A stretch of 64,000 nucleotides of DNA from Planctomycetota bacterium (GCA_039188275.1 JBCCZD010000001.1:7010-71009), one strand, 5' to 3'. Shown: positions 47,799 through 57,476, counted from the first letter of the stretch. Numbers and translations: made by a program. Notes: generated from the sequence alone by a model not told the origin.

Positions 47799-50084
47799 TC
47801 ACCTGACGCGGCCCGCCAGCAGGAGGGCGGCAAGCAGCAGCAGCGAAGCCGTGGCCGGCTGGGGCGCCGCGGCGGCGGCCTGCGGAGACGGCTGCTGGCC
47901 AAACTGCTCTCGGAAGACCAGGTAGTCGGCGGCGGTCACTAGCCCGTCTCCGTTCGCGTCTCCACGCGCCCCCGGCGACACCGAGTCGCCGAGGGAGTCC
48001 CGCCAGACGGTGTAGTCGGCGGCGTTAACCACGCCGTCGTCGTTCATGTCGCCCGTGACCCGGATCACCAGCGCCGCCCAATCGTCGGTGTTGCTAAAGC
48101 CGCCCGGCGTCGGCCCGAGGCTCGCGTCGGCGCCGCCGGCGAGCGCCACAGCGCCGGGGGCGAACTCGCCCGTGCGGGGGTTGAACCACCGGAGCGTGAA
48201 CTGCTCGCCGGCGAACGCCGTGAGGTCGAGCGTCGGTGCACTGCTCCCGCCCGGGCTGGCGTTGTTGTCGTCGTTCGAGCCGTCGGGCAGGTAGAGGGCG
48301 TAGACCTCCCCCTCGATGGCGAACACCTCGCCGCCGCCGTAGTCGCCGTCCTCACCCGACAGCAGACCGTCGTTCGGCGCCATCCGCCAGAACGGCGTGT
48401 TCTCTTCCAGGAACCGCCGGGCGATGGCCGTCTCGCGGTAGACCTGCTCGTAGACACGTTGGTCTTCGACGTCCTGGTCGGCGTCGTGGATAAACCACTC
48501 CACGCCGGCGCCGCCCGACAGCAGGATGTCCCAGGTCATGGTCTTGCGGACCGTGTTGAACCGCTCGGCGTTGGTTGTGCCCGGCTGGGTGTCGTCGTTG
48601 GCGCCGACGCCGATCCGGGTGATCGATTGCGGCTCGTCGATAAACACAGCCCAGGGGCGCCCGGCGTCGGCCGTCGCGGTGCGGAACGACTCGACGACGC
48701 TCGACCAGTCCTCCGCCTCGCCCGCCCGCTGGACGCTCGCGATGTCGAAGTTCTCGGCGCCGTTGTCGGCCCCGATGAAGTATTGAAAGGCGGATTGGTT
48801 CCTCACGCCGGCGGGTGTTAGCAGGTCGTTCTTGTCAGCGTTGTGGACGGTTGTGGGGTGGGCGTACGGGTCGATCGCCGCCAGGTAGTCCGCGAACTCG
48901 TTGACCCGTGCCGCCTCGGCCGCCTGGCTGCCGCCGAAGCCGTTGTTCAGGTCATACTCCTCGCTCAGGTTCCACTGCAGCGAATTGTGGTGCCCGAAGC
49001 GGGCGACCAACTCGCGGTAGAACAGCTTCCGCTCGACGCCGAGCTGGCCGTCGTCGAGCTCCAGCTTGTTGTGGTTCTCCGCCTCGTTGAGCACGAAGTG
49101 GAGGTGGATGTCCTGCTCCTGGGCGTGGCGGAAGACGGCCTCCCACTGGGCCAGCTTGCTGACGTCGTAGTGCAAGTTGTCGTTGGGCGTGCCGGTGAAC
49201 TCCTCGCCCGAGAGCTGCTGCGCCGTGCCGACCGCGGCGAAGGGGTGGCTGTCCTCGCCGTCGCCGCCGATGTTGTTCGCCAGAAAGTACTGCGAGTTCA
49301 CGCCGATCGACGAAAGGTAGTTCAGGTAGCCGATGATGTTGCGCGCGTCGCCGCCGTCGGCCAGCGTGTTGCCCAGGTCGAAGTCGGGCGAGTCCCACGC
49401 CGGGTCGCCCGGGTTCCAGTCGCCCGCGTGGCCGCCGTAGTCGTGGAGGATGCCGAGCCGGCCCTGGTTGCCGCCGGTCCCCTTGGTCTGCGTGTTGTCG
49501 AAGCCCCGGTACCCGAGGAAGTTCTCCGGGCTGTCGGCGCCCGACTTGATCCAGTAGCCGCCGTCTCGCCGCTTGAGGTAGTGCCCGCCGACGTACTCGA
49601 GCCTCCCCGTAGCGAAGTGGCCCGTCGCGCTCGCCGCCGCCGGCGAGACGCTGAACACGCCGCCCAGGCCGTCGATGAGCGTGCCCGCGGCACCGGCGGT
49701 GGGGCTCAGGTCGATCGCGACGTTCGCCCCCTCGCGGAACGACGCCGTGTACGACCACTCGCCCACCTCGTCCGGAGTGAAGCGGGTGCGCCAGACGCTG
49801 CCTGTGCCGCCACCGGCGCCGTCGCCGTCGAAGAAGCCGGGCACGTCGTACACCACTCCCGACGGCGAGGTGAACGCGACCTGCAAGCGGAAATCGAGAA
49901 ACGGGTTCGGTGTGCCCGTGGCGCCGCCGACCTGCGCCCGCCCGTCGAGCTCGCTGGCCTGGGGACCCGTGAAGTCGAGGGTCAGGGTTTCCCACTTGGT
50001 TTGGGCGCCCGTGATGACTTGTGACAGAGACGGCCGGCAGACGAGCAGCGCCAGCAGCGTGGCGAGCCAAGCGAGGCGTGGCAT
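47799..50084 (-). CDS. DUF5060/glycoside-hydrolase-like protein with dockerin-like repeats and a PEP-CTERM-like tail
   Basis: Signal peptide. N-domain WETLTLDFTGP...NPFLDFRLQVAF...VPGFFDGDG...WRTRFTP. TGDMNDDGVVNAADYTVWR and DANGDGLVTAADYLVFR. Tail is PQPATASLLLLAALLLAGRVR. Confidence 0.8.
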   Translation of the reverse strand: MPRLAWLATLLALLVCRPSLSQVITGAQTKWETLTLDFTGPQASELDGRAQVGGATGTPNPFLDFRLQVAFTSPSGVVYDVPGFFDGDGAGGGTGSVWRTRFTPDEVGEWSYTASFREGANVAIDLSPTAGAAGTLIDGLGGVFSVSPAAASATGHFATGRLEYVGGHYLKRRDGGYWIKSGADSPENFLGYRGFDNTQTKGTGGNQGRLGILHDYGGHAGDWNPGDPAWDSPDFDLGNTLADGGDARNIIGYLNYLSSIGVNSQYFLANNIGGDGEDSHPFAAVGTAQQLSGEEFTGTPNDNLHYDVSKLAQWEAVFRHAQEQDIHLHFVLNEAENHNKLELDDGQLGVERKLFYRELVARFGHHNSLQWNLSEEYDLNNGFGGSQAAEAARVNEFADYLAAIDPYAHPTTVHNADKNDLLTPAGVRNQSAFQYFIGADNGAENFDIASVQRAGEAEDWSSVVESFRTATADAGRPWAVFIDEPQSITRIGVGANDDTQPGTTNAERFNTVRKTMTWDILLSGGAGVEWFIHDADQDVEDQRVYEQVYRETAIARRFLEENTPFWRMAPNDGLLSGEDGDYGGGEVFAIEGEVYALYLPDGSNDDNNASPGGSSAPTLDLTAFAGEQFTLRWFNPRTGEFAPGAVALAGGADASLGPTPGGFSNTDDWAALVIRVTGDMNDDGVVNAADYTVWRDSLGDSVSPGARGDANGDGLVTAADYLVFREQFGQQPSPQAAAAAPQPATASLLLLAALLLAGRVR

Positions 50085-50294
50085 GAGAAGCTCCGTGGGG
50101 CGAGGACGAGTAGCAACCGAACCAATCGAGCGCCGAAGACCGACGCCGCCCCACGCCGTTAGGATTAGCACGGCGGCGCCGGTCGTGCAAGTTTCGCCGC
50201 CGCGGTTCCCCGGCGCCGCGACCGCAAAACATCCCGCCGCCGGGTGTTGTTTTTTGACCGCCCCCCGCGCGTGACGTAGTTATTTGGCGACAAA

Positions 50295-50440
50295 CGAATG
50301 CGGAGTGCGGATTGCGGAAGGCGGGATCGCTTACCGGTCATGGTGCGACCACGGCGGCGACCACCGCTGGAGTACCAGCAACCGTCGCGGAACGCTTGCG
50401 CGTGATTCCGCACTCTGAATTCCGCACTCCCGAATTCGCA
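50295..50440. promoter_or_regulatory. repeat set (TCCGCACTC motif) in the leader of the sigma-54 activator gene
   Basis: Two 15-bp tandem units attccgcactc(t/c)(g/c)ga at 50405-50433 abut the ATG. An inverted copy cgaatgcggagtgcgga sits at 50295-50311. Confidence 0.3.
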
Positions 50441-50441
50441 A

Positions 50442-51827
50442 ATGCCCGGTAAACTCCTCCTCGTCGACGACGACCGCCAAGTGCTCGACTCGATGACCGA
50501 CTGGCTCCGCGACCAGGGGCTGGAGGTCGACGCCGCGCCCGGCTACGCCGATGCGCTCGACCTGCTCAGGCGTTCGACCTACGACCTGCTGCTCTCCGAC
50601 ATCCGCCTGCAAGACGGAGACGGCTTCGACCTGCTCGAGCAGTCGCTGCGGCGCTGGCCGGCTATGCAGGTGATCTTGCTGACCGGGTACGGCAACGCCG
50701 ACTCGGCGATCGACGCCATCCGCGCCGGCGCGTTCGACTACCTCACCAAGCCGCTTATCGACGACGAGCTGCTGATGTCGATCGAGCGCGCCCTCGGCCA
50801 GCGGAAGGTGATCGAGGAGAACACCCACCTCAAGGAGGAACTCGACCGCAAGCACGGCATGGGGCACATCGTTGGCAACGACCCGCGGATGCTCCGTGTG
50901 TTTGACATGATCGAGTCGATCGCCGACACGCGGGCGACCGTCCTCGTGACCGGCGAGAGCGGCACCGGCAAGAGCCTGATCGCGCGGGCCATCCACAAGC
51001 GGAGCGGGCGCCGCGACGGGCCCTTTGTCGAGGTCGCCTGCGGCGCCCTGCCGGAGAACCTGCTCGAGAGCGAGCTGTTCGGCCACGTCGCCGGCGCCTT
51101 CACGGGGGCGACCACCAACAAGACCGGCAAGTTCCTCCAAGCCGACGGCGGCACGATCTTCCTCGACGAGATCGGCACCGCCACGCCCGCCATGCAGGTC
51201 AAGCTGCTACGCGTGCTGCAGGAACTGGCGTTCGAAGCGGTCGGCGGCGCCCAGACGCACAACGTCGACGTGCGCGTTGTGCTGGCGACCAACGAAGACC
51301 TGGCGAAGAACGTCGCCGACGGGACCTTCCGCCAGGACTTGTACTACCGCATCAACGTGATCAACGTCGAACTGCCGCCGCTCCGCGGACGGGTGAGCGA
51401 CATCCCGCTGCTCGCCCAGAAGTTCCTGGAGGAGGTCCGCGAAGACGCCAACCGCCCAAACGTCGCCGGCTTCTCCGACGAAGCAACCGGCGCCCTGCAG
51501 CGGTACCACTGGCCCGGCAACGTGCGTGAGCTGCAGAACGTTGTCGAGCGGGCCGTGCTGCTCAGCAAGCAAGACACCCTCGGCCCGCTCGATTTGCCGA
51601 CCGAGGTCCGCACCCCCGGCGGCGCCATCCCCACCACGCACTACGCGGGGCAGTCGCTCAAAGAAGCCCTCGAAGGACCCGAGCGGGCGATCATCCTCGA
51701 GGTGCTTGAGTCGAACGAGTGGAACCGTATCCAAACCGCCGACCAACTCGGCATCAACCGCACGACCCTCTACAAGAAGATGAAGCGGCTTGGGCTCGAG
51801 GACCGGGCCGAAGCCGCGGGGGCATAA
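50442..51827 (+). CDS. sigma-54-dependent response regulator (NtrC/PrsR-like)
   Basis: Receiver domain ([13 protein letters not shown]), AAA+ domain ([21 protein letters not shown]), and a Fis-type HTH ([15 protein letters not shown]). Confidence 0.92.
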   Translation: MPGKLLLVDDDRQVLDSMTDWLRDQGLEVDAAPGYADALDLLRRSTYDLLLSDIRLQDGDGFDLLEQSLRRWPAMQVILLTGYGNADSAIDAIRAGAFDYLTKPLIDDELLMSIERALGQRKVIEENTHLKEELDRKHGMGHIVGNDPRMLRVFDMIESIADTRATVLVTGESGTGKSLIARAIHKRSGRRDGPFVEVACGALPENLLESELFGHVAGAFTGATTNKTGKFLQADGGTIFLDEIGTATPAMQVKLLRVLQELAFEAVGGAQTHNVDVRVVLATNEDLAKNVADGTFRQDLYYRINVINVELPPLRGRVSDIPLLAQKFLEEVREDANRPNVAGFSDEATGALQRYHWPGNVRELQNVVERAVLLSKQDTLGPLDLPTEVRTPGGAIPTTHYAGQSLKEALEGPERAIILEVLESNEWNRIQTADQLGINRTTLYKKMKRLGLEDRAEAAGA

Positions 51828-51971
51828 CGCGCGTCGGCGCCCGAGCCCTCCCGAGTCCCTCGCTAGCCGCAGGAATTGCTTTGCAATCGGCGGCTTGCCG
51901 CCATATTCTGTGCGGCTGCACGGGCCACCGCAGCGTGGCCCCCCTTTTCCTCTTGCGACGGGAGTCCGCTA

Positions 51972-52814
51972 ATGTTTGTGACATCGGTGCTGCGTGCTTC
52001 AGCGGCGAGTATTGTCGGCCTGGCTTGGGCCGGGTTGGCCTCGGGTCAGGCTGACCCGCCCTACATCCAAGTCGACACCGAGATTGTGTCGCTCGACTTA
52101 ACGTTCGAGGGCGTGCTGCCGCTCGGCCCCGGGGGAACCGGCGTCAACACGCGCGTCACGATGGCCGAGGGCGAAGACTACAACTCCTCGCGTTCCAATC
52201 GGACTAGTGGCCGCCAGGCGGTCGACCCGCCGCCGCCGATCGATCCGGGCGCGCTCGAAGGCGTGCAGATGGACTTCATCAGCGAAATCGATCTCCGGTT
52301 TGGTCTGTTATTCGAGGACATTGATACGGTCAACGACTTCGACCAGGCGATCGATGTGTCGCCGTCCGGCGGCGTCTTAGAGTCGGCGGTGTTGGTGTCG
52401 AGCCCCTCGGTGGACTTCTCGATCGCCAGCGACGACTTCTGCCCCCGGGGGTGCATCCTCGAGGCGCCCGTTGGCGAGCACAACGGGCACGTCACGATCC
52501 TCAAAATCGCCTTCGGCGGCGGCGGGACCGGCGGGGGCTACGACGTCGACCTGCAAGCGGCCGGCATCGACCTGGCGTTGACGCCCGGCACCAGCTCTTA
52601 CCTGGAGCTGCCCAACGGCGACGTCGAGCACACCGTCGATGTAACAATGGCGTTGACCGGCGACCTGAACGGCATCCCGTTGTTCGTCGGAACCACATTC
52701 TCCGGCACGATGGTCGAACGCGGGACCTACGTCAACGCAATCATCCCCGAGCCGGCAACAACGGCGCTCGCCGCGTGGGCCGCGTTGGCGTGCCCGCGTC
52801 GCCGCCGCCGATAA
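51972..52814 (+). CDS. PEP-CTERM sorting-domain protein
   Basis: Signal peptide MFVTSVLRASAASIVGLAWAGLASGQA. C-terminus IPEPATTALAAWAALACPRRRRR. Confidence 0.8.
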   Translation: MFVTSVLRASAASIVGLAWAGLASGQADPPYIQVDTEIVSLDLTFEGVLPLGPGGTGVNTRVTMAEGEDYNSSRSNRTSGRQAVDPPPPIDPGALEGVQMDFISEIDLRFGLLFEDIDTVNDFDQAIDVSPSGGVLESAVLVSSPSVDFSIASDDFCPRGCILEAPVGEHNGHVTILKIAFGGGGTGGGYDVDLQAAGIDLALTPGTSSYLELPNGDVEHTVDVTMALTGDLNGIPLFVGTTFSGTMVERGTYVNAIIPEPATTALAAWAALACPRRRRR

Positions 52815-52855
52815 GCGGCAGAAGTCGCTTGATTGATAATTCGTACGCGTCCCCA

Positions 52856-52886
52856 CTTAGCCCCGGGTCATTGGCTCGGGGCTAAG
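52856..52886 (+). terminator. strong hairpin after the PEP-CTERM gene
   Basis: Perfect 10-bp stem cttagccccg / cggggctaag with an 11-nt loop. There is no clear U-tract. Confidence 0.4.
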
Positions 52887-53050
52887 TGCTAGTTGCGCTT
52901 CGCAGAGCGGCCGTTCGCTTGCTTCAACGACGACCGCGGAGCGGTCTTCGACCAGCTTGGCAGAAGACCCTTGCGACGGCGTGAACGGAAGCGTAGGTTC
53001 GCCGGCCGAGCGAGGCCCGATCCTCCCTCGCGGCGATTGAGTTGACTTTT

Positions 53051-53383
53051 ATGCTCGGAATCTTGCTAGACGCCGTGGTGCTCGTATCACTCGTCGCGGC
53101 GATCAACGAGGGCGAAGAACTCGATTGGCTCACTGCCGGCTTGGTCAGTGTGGGCATGTCGGTCGTCTCGGGCCTTGGCATCGGATTCGCCGTCGGCTTG
53201 CTCGGCGATGTCGCCGGGCTGCTAGTAGGGTGTGTCGTGGCGGGCCTGCTCGCCGGCCTGCTCGCGTGGCTTTTCCTCGGATTGATTTTACAGCGCGCCA
53301 TGCTTGTCGGCGCCTGTTTCATTGGGTGCAAAATCGTCATCGCGATCGTGCTGGGCGTCGTCTTCGGAACGCTGTTCAGCTAG
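53051..53383 (+). CDS. small multi-TM membrane protein, hypothetical
   Basis: Almost entirely hydrophobic G/L/V-rich helices. ATG 53051 (a TTG at 53042 is also possible). Confidence 0.5.
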   Translation: MLGILLDAVVLVSLVAAINEGEELDWLTAGLVSVGMSVVSGLGIGFAVGLLGDVAGLLVGCVVAGLLAGLLAWLFLGLILQRAMLVGACFIGCKIVIAIVLGVVFGTLFS

Positions 53384-53412
53384 CCGGCTGTTGATCTACC
53401 TAAGGGCTGCTT

Positions 53413-53458
53413 CGCCGCCAGGAAGGCGGCGTCAAGACATCGGCGGAGAGCCGATGTC
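53413..53458. terminator. two hairpins between convergent genes
   Basis: cgccgcc/ggcggcg (7 bp) and gacatcgg/ccgatgtc (8 bp), in the 78-nt gap. Confidence 0.35.
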
Positions 53459-53461
53459 CGG

Positions 53462-54043
53462 CTAGCCGCCCGGTGCGTGGTGCTTGTCGACATCCAATCC
53501 TTCGAGCATCTGGTCGACGACGCGGTTGTCGTGACTCGGCTCGATCCGCATCAACGGTTCGGCCTTCGTTGCTTGGATAGGCTTGAGGTCCGCAGCCCCG
53601 AACCAGGTTCCGCGGACGCGTTCCGCGGCGTCAACCTGGTAGCGGACCACCCGGGCGTGGTCGTCCCAGTGCACCTCACGGACGCGGCCCGTGATCGGGT
53701 CGTTTTGCATGCCGTGCGGGAGGACCTCCACCAGGTCGCCGATGGCGAGCTCCGGCGCGGGCGTCTCTCGCCACAGGCGGGGTCGCACACGGAGGCGTGT
53801 CTCGCCATAGACAAGGGTCACCATCGCGTCGGCCGCCGGCGCTGTGTCCGCCTGTTCGAGCCGCCAGACGCGAGGCCCGGGGATCGATCGCCGTGCGGTC
53901 TCGATGTCTTCGGGGTGGACCCACGCGTCGCCATCCTCCGGCCACCAGGGGAAGTAGCCAAAGCGCGGGTCGGTCTTGAGCGGGGGCAGCGCGGGGGCGT
54001 CGCCATCAGCTACGGGTCCGCCGCCGGAACTCATCTCATCCAT
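53462..54043 (-). CDS. hypothetical protein
   Basis: ATG 54043 (MDEMSSGGG...). Balanced composition. No family recognised. Confidence 0.5.
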   Translation of the reverse strand: MDEMSSGGGPVADGDAPALPPLKTDPRFGYFPWWPEDGDAWVHPEDIETARRSIPGPRVWRLEQADTAPAADAMVTLVYGETRLRVRPRLWRETPAPELAIGDLVEVLPHGMQNDPITGRVREVHWDDHARVVRYQVDAAERVRGTWFGAADLKPIQATKAEPLMRIEPSHDNRVVDQMLEGLDVDKHHAPGG

Positions 54044-54271
54044 CTTGATGCTGGTCTCCCCCGCACGTGCTTTGCCCGACTTGTGGTCTCCGCGGTAAGG
54101 CCGCCCGCCAAGCACTCCGAGCGTCGCCCGATTGTAGCGGATTTAGCAATCGACAGGCACGCGGTATGGCGCCGATAACCTGATCCGGCGGGCGCCGCCG
54201 ACCTAGACTTATCCAGCGGTAGCCTGCCGCAATACCGTTCACCAAAAGCCGGGCCGCCTGCCCGCCCTGCC

Positions 54272-55798
54272 ATGCGTACCGAACAGTTCTTTGAGCACCA
54301 CGGCATTGTCGCCAACCCGTTCGCGGAAGAAGACGCGCAGACGGACCCCGTCTTCAAGAACCGCTGCCGTGAGAACACCTTCCACCCTGCGTGGGACAAG
54401 GTCTTTGGCGACCCCGGTGACCCGGCGACGTCGATCGTCTTCGGAGAGAAGGGCGCCGGGAAGACGGCGATGCGGTTGCAGGTCATGGGCCGCATCGCCG
54501 AGCACAACCGCGAGCACAAGCAAGACCGTTTGTGGGTTGTCGAGTACGACGACTTCAACCCGTTCCTCGACCGGTTCGCCGATCGCCTCTCCGCCCGCAA
54601 GCAGCGTGACCCCGCCAAGGTGCTTGCCGAGTGGAAGCTTTGGGACCATATGGACGCGATCCTGTCGCTCGGCGTCACCGACCTGGTCGATCACCTGCTG
54701 GCCGCAAAACACCCGACCGGCCCACCGGCCAACCGGCTGACGACCAGCGCCACCGAGAGCGACCCCGCCGCGGCGCTCGACCACGCGCAGAAGCGAGACC
54801 TGCTGCTGCTGGCCGCCTGCTACGACGATTCAACCGGGCAGCCACTAACGCAACGCTGGAACCGGCTGCGTCGCAAGCTTGCCTTCACCGGCTGGGGCAA
54901 GGCGCTCTGGCGGCCGTGGGGCGAAGCGGCCCTCGGCTTCGGCGTGACGGCGGCCGTCTCGGCGCTGATGGGGTACTTCCGAGCCTGGGGCTGGCTCGGC
55001 GGGGTTTGGCTGTACCTGATCGTCCTCGCCGCTTGGTCGCCTTGGCTCTTCAAGTGCCTGAGCCGGCACCTTGTGTCACGCCGCGTCGCCAAGAGCATCC
55101 GCGTGCTGCGCCGAGACACCGTCGCCACCCGCCGGCTGCTGATGTCGTTCACCAGTGAAGACCTCCAGAACCAGCCGCTGCCCAGCAAGCCACGCACCGA
55201 CGACCGCTACGAGCTGATGACTAAGCTGCAGGGCGTGCTGAGGTCGCTCGGCGTCACCGGCATCCTCGTGCTGGTCGACCGTGTCGACGAGCCGCACCTG
55301 ACCGGCGGCAAGGTCGAGCTGATGCGGGACTTCGCCTGGTCGATGATGGACAACAAGTTCCTCAAGCAGCCGGGCATCGGGCTCAAGCTGCTCTTGCCCG
55401 ACGAACTGATGGAGCACCTCAACCGCGAGACGCGCGACTTCCACCAGCGGGCCCGGATCGACAAGCAGAACCTCATCCCCTCGCTCGACTGGACCGGCGA
55501 GGCGCTGCTGGACCTCGCCAACGCCCGGCTCGCGGCCTGTGCCGGCGATGGCGACGTGCCTCGGCTACCCCAGATGCTTGGCGAAGGCCTCAGCGAGCAG
55601 CGGCTGCTGGATGCGTTCCGCTCTTTGCGGACCCCGCGTCACCTCTTCAAGTTCCTCTACCGGCTCATCGCCGCTCACTGCAACGCCCACACCGACACAG
55701 CGCCATCGTGGCAAATCCCGCGCGACACCTTTGAGTCGGTCTTCGCGCTCTACAGCCGCGACCAGGCGGCAGTCGACCGAGGGCTGTCAGCCGGCTAG
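54272..55798 (+). CDS. P-loop NTPase with a TM hairpin inserted in the NTPase domain (KAP-like)
   Basis: Walker A GEKGAGKT and Walker B ILVLVDRVDE are separated by about 250 aa containing two TM helices (ALGFGVTAAVSALMGYF, VWLYLIVLAAWSPWLF). The N-terminus FFEHHGIVANPF is ExeA-like. Confidence 0.7.
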   Translation: MRTEQFFEHHGIVANPFAEEDAQTDPVFKNRCRENTFHPAWDKVFGDPGDPATSIVFGEKGAGKTAMRLQVMGRIAEHNREHKQDRLWVVEYDDFNPFLDRFADRLSARKQRDPAKVLAEWKLWDHMDAILSLGVTDLVDHLLAAKHPTGPPANRLTTSATESDPAAALDHAQKRDLLLLAACYDDSTGQPLTQRWNRLRRKLAFTGWGKALWRPWGEAALGFGVTAAVSALMGYFRAWGWLGGVWLYLIVLAAWSPWLFKCLSRHLVSRRVAKSIRVLRRDTVATRRLLMSFTSEDLQNQPLPSKPRTDDRYELMTKLQGVLRSLGVTGILVLVDRVDEPHLTGGKVELMRDFAWSMMDNKFLKQPGIGLKLLLPDELMEHLNRETRDFHQRARIDKQNLIPSLDWTGEALLDLANARLAACAGDGDVPRLPQMLGEGLSEQRLLDAFRSLRTPRHLFKFLYRLIAAHCNAHTDTAPSWQIPRDTFESVFALYSRDQAAVDRGLSAG

Positions 55799-55967
55799 GC
55801 GATCGGCAAGTCGCGAACAACGGCCCAGCCGCCGAAGCCGCATTGACCCGGCCGGGCGGCTTTGGCAGACTCCGCACGCGCGGCGCGCAAGCGGTTGCCG
55901 CGGCGCTGGCGAGGGTGCAGGAAGCCCTTCTTCGCCTTGCAGGTCTGGTTCGCGGAAAGGACGCCCG

Positions 55968-56552
55968 ATGCGGATGCTAGCTCGCCCCCCGATCTTCTTG
56001 GCTGTTGTCGCGGCGATTGGATGCTCGGGCGGCGACCCCGCGCCCACGCCGGCGCCAGCCCGTCCCAGCGGGGCAGTCACTGAGACCGATAGCGCCACGC
56101 AAGACCCGATCGCGCTTGCGGCGTCAGCCTTCCTCGACGCGGTTGTGAAAGGGGATACGCCCCGTGCCACGGGCATGCTGACGCCCGATGCGGCCGCACA
56201 ATTCGCGGCAACCGGCCAAGGTTTCGCGTCACCAGACATCGGGGCGCCGAGCTTCCGCGTCGACCAAGTCCGGCGCGTCGATGGCGACAAAGCTGCCGTT
56301 CAGTGCGTGCTAACCGACGCCGACGGCTCGGCTGAAGAGATGTGCTGTCTGCTGCGGTTCGTCGGCAGCGAGTGGCGCGTGTCGGGCGTCGCTTACGAGA
56401 TGGCGCCGGGCGAGCCGCCGGTCATCTTCAACTTCGAGCAGCCGGAGCAACCCGCCCCGCGGCGTGATTCGGCCGCCCAGTTCGTCGAGCAGCCCGCCGC
56501 AGGCGCCCCGATCCGCACGGCCGCGGATCCATCGCAGCTTCCCCCACGTTGA
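55968..56552 (+). CDS. hypothetical lipoprotein
   Basis: MRMLARPPIFLAVVAAIGCSGG lipobox. Only this part of ORF 55539..56552 looks coding. Confidence 0.6.
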   Translation: MRMLARPPIFLAVVAAIGCSGGDPAPTPAPARPSGAVTETDSATQDPIALAASAFLDAVVKGDTPRATGMLTPDAAAQFAATGQGFASPDIGAPSFRVDQVRRVDGDKAAVQCVLTDADGSAEEMCCLLRFVGSEWRVSGVAYEMAPGEPPVIFNFEQPEQPAPRRDSAAQFVEQPAAGAPIRTAADPSQLPPR

Positions 56553-56739
56553 CGCGACCTCCCTCCGGGCCACTAGGCAAAAGCTGCGCTGGTCAAGGCG
56601 CGCTGGATGGTCGGTCGCGGTCCCGCGGGTGCGACTCACCCGTTAGCGGGGCTTTCGCTTGCAGCACGCTGCCCCCCGAGGCGAATCTGCTTCGTCCATA
56701 AATTTCGCCTGAAGTGCCGAATTTATCACGTCGGCCCCG

Positions 56740-56767
56740 TTGACACGCGGGTAGCCGGTGGTAGGTT
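56740..56767 (+). promoter_or_regulatory. candidate sigma-70-type promoter of CCEP gene 1
   Basis: TTGACA-N16-TAGGTT. It implies a leader of about 270 nt. An imperfect inverted repeat ataaatttcg...cgaatttat at 56698-56726 lies just upstream. Confidence 0.25.
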
Positions 56768-57047
56768 GTCGCCCGAGTCAATCCTGCCTGCGTACTTTGC
56801 GGGACCGTCAGACTCGGCTTGGAAGCGACAACCGGCGTGCTCCGGCAAGGCTTGGGTAGCAAGGCTCATTGGAGTCTGAAGCCCTATCGCCTGAGGAAGC
56901 CCGGTTTCGAGCGAACCCAACCCAGCGAATCCAACCCCAAGCCCCCTCCCTACCCGCTTTTTGCTGTTCTAGCGTCCCAGATGGCCTCCGTTGGCCCATG
57001 TAAATCGACGCTGCGAATGCCGGTGACCTATTTGGAGACCAACAAGA

Positions 57048-57421
57048 TGACGTTCACGAACTTTGTGCGCGTGATGAGCGTGCTGGCCATCGTTGCGGTG
57101 CTCGCCACCGCGAATTCGGCCGACGCAGGCTTGTTCGGCTGCTTGAAGAAGAAATGCTGCGAGCCGGTTTGCTGCGAGCCCGAGCCCGTTTGTTGCGAAC
57201 CCGCTCCCGAACCATGCTGCGAGCCGGTAGTGGTTGAAGCCCCTTGCTGCGAGCCCGCGCCGGCCCCGTGCTGTGAGCCGGAGCCCGTCTGCTGCGAACC
57301 CGCCCCCGTTTGTTGCGAGCCATGCCCGCCGAAGAAGGGTTTCTTCGCTCGTTTGATGGAGAAGTGCGCTGCCCGCCGGGCCGCAAAGTGCTGCCCCTGC
57401 CCGCCGCCTTGCGGGTGCTGA
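57048..57421 (+). CDS. secreted cysteine/proline-rich CCEP-repeat protein
   Basis: Signal peptide MTFTNFVRVMSVLAIVAVLATANSADA. The mature part has 8 CCEP units and ends KCCPCPPPCGC. GGAG sits 9-12 nt before the ATG. Confidence 0.7.
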
Positions 57422-57476
57422 AAGATAGCGTTGCGGACCCGATTAGCTGAGTTATCAACTTTGACGTACACCGTGG

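Noticed and set aside
51828-51971. Sigma-54 (-24/-12) promoter between the activator gene and the PEP-CTERM gene
   Set aside because: The best candidates have wrong spacing: TGGCCC…TTGC has its GG and GC 18 nt apart, and GGAATTGCTTTGCA has them 11 nt apart. Neither has a TGGCAC-like -24 box.
57028-57471. Minus-strand ORF across CCEP gene 1 (GSQQTGSGSQHGAGAGSQQ…)
   Set aside because: It is the mirror image of the CCEP repeat. It has no signal peptide, RBS or terminator. The plus frame has all three, and a paralog with the same mature N-terminus.
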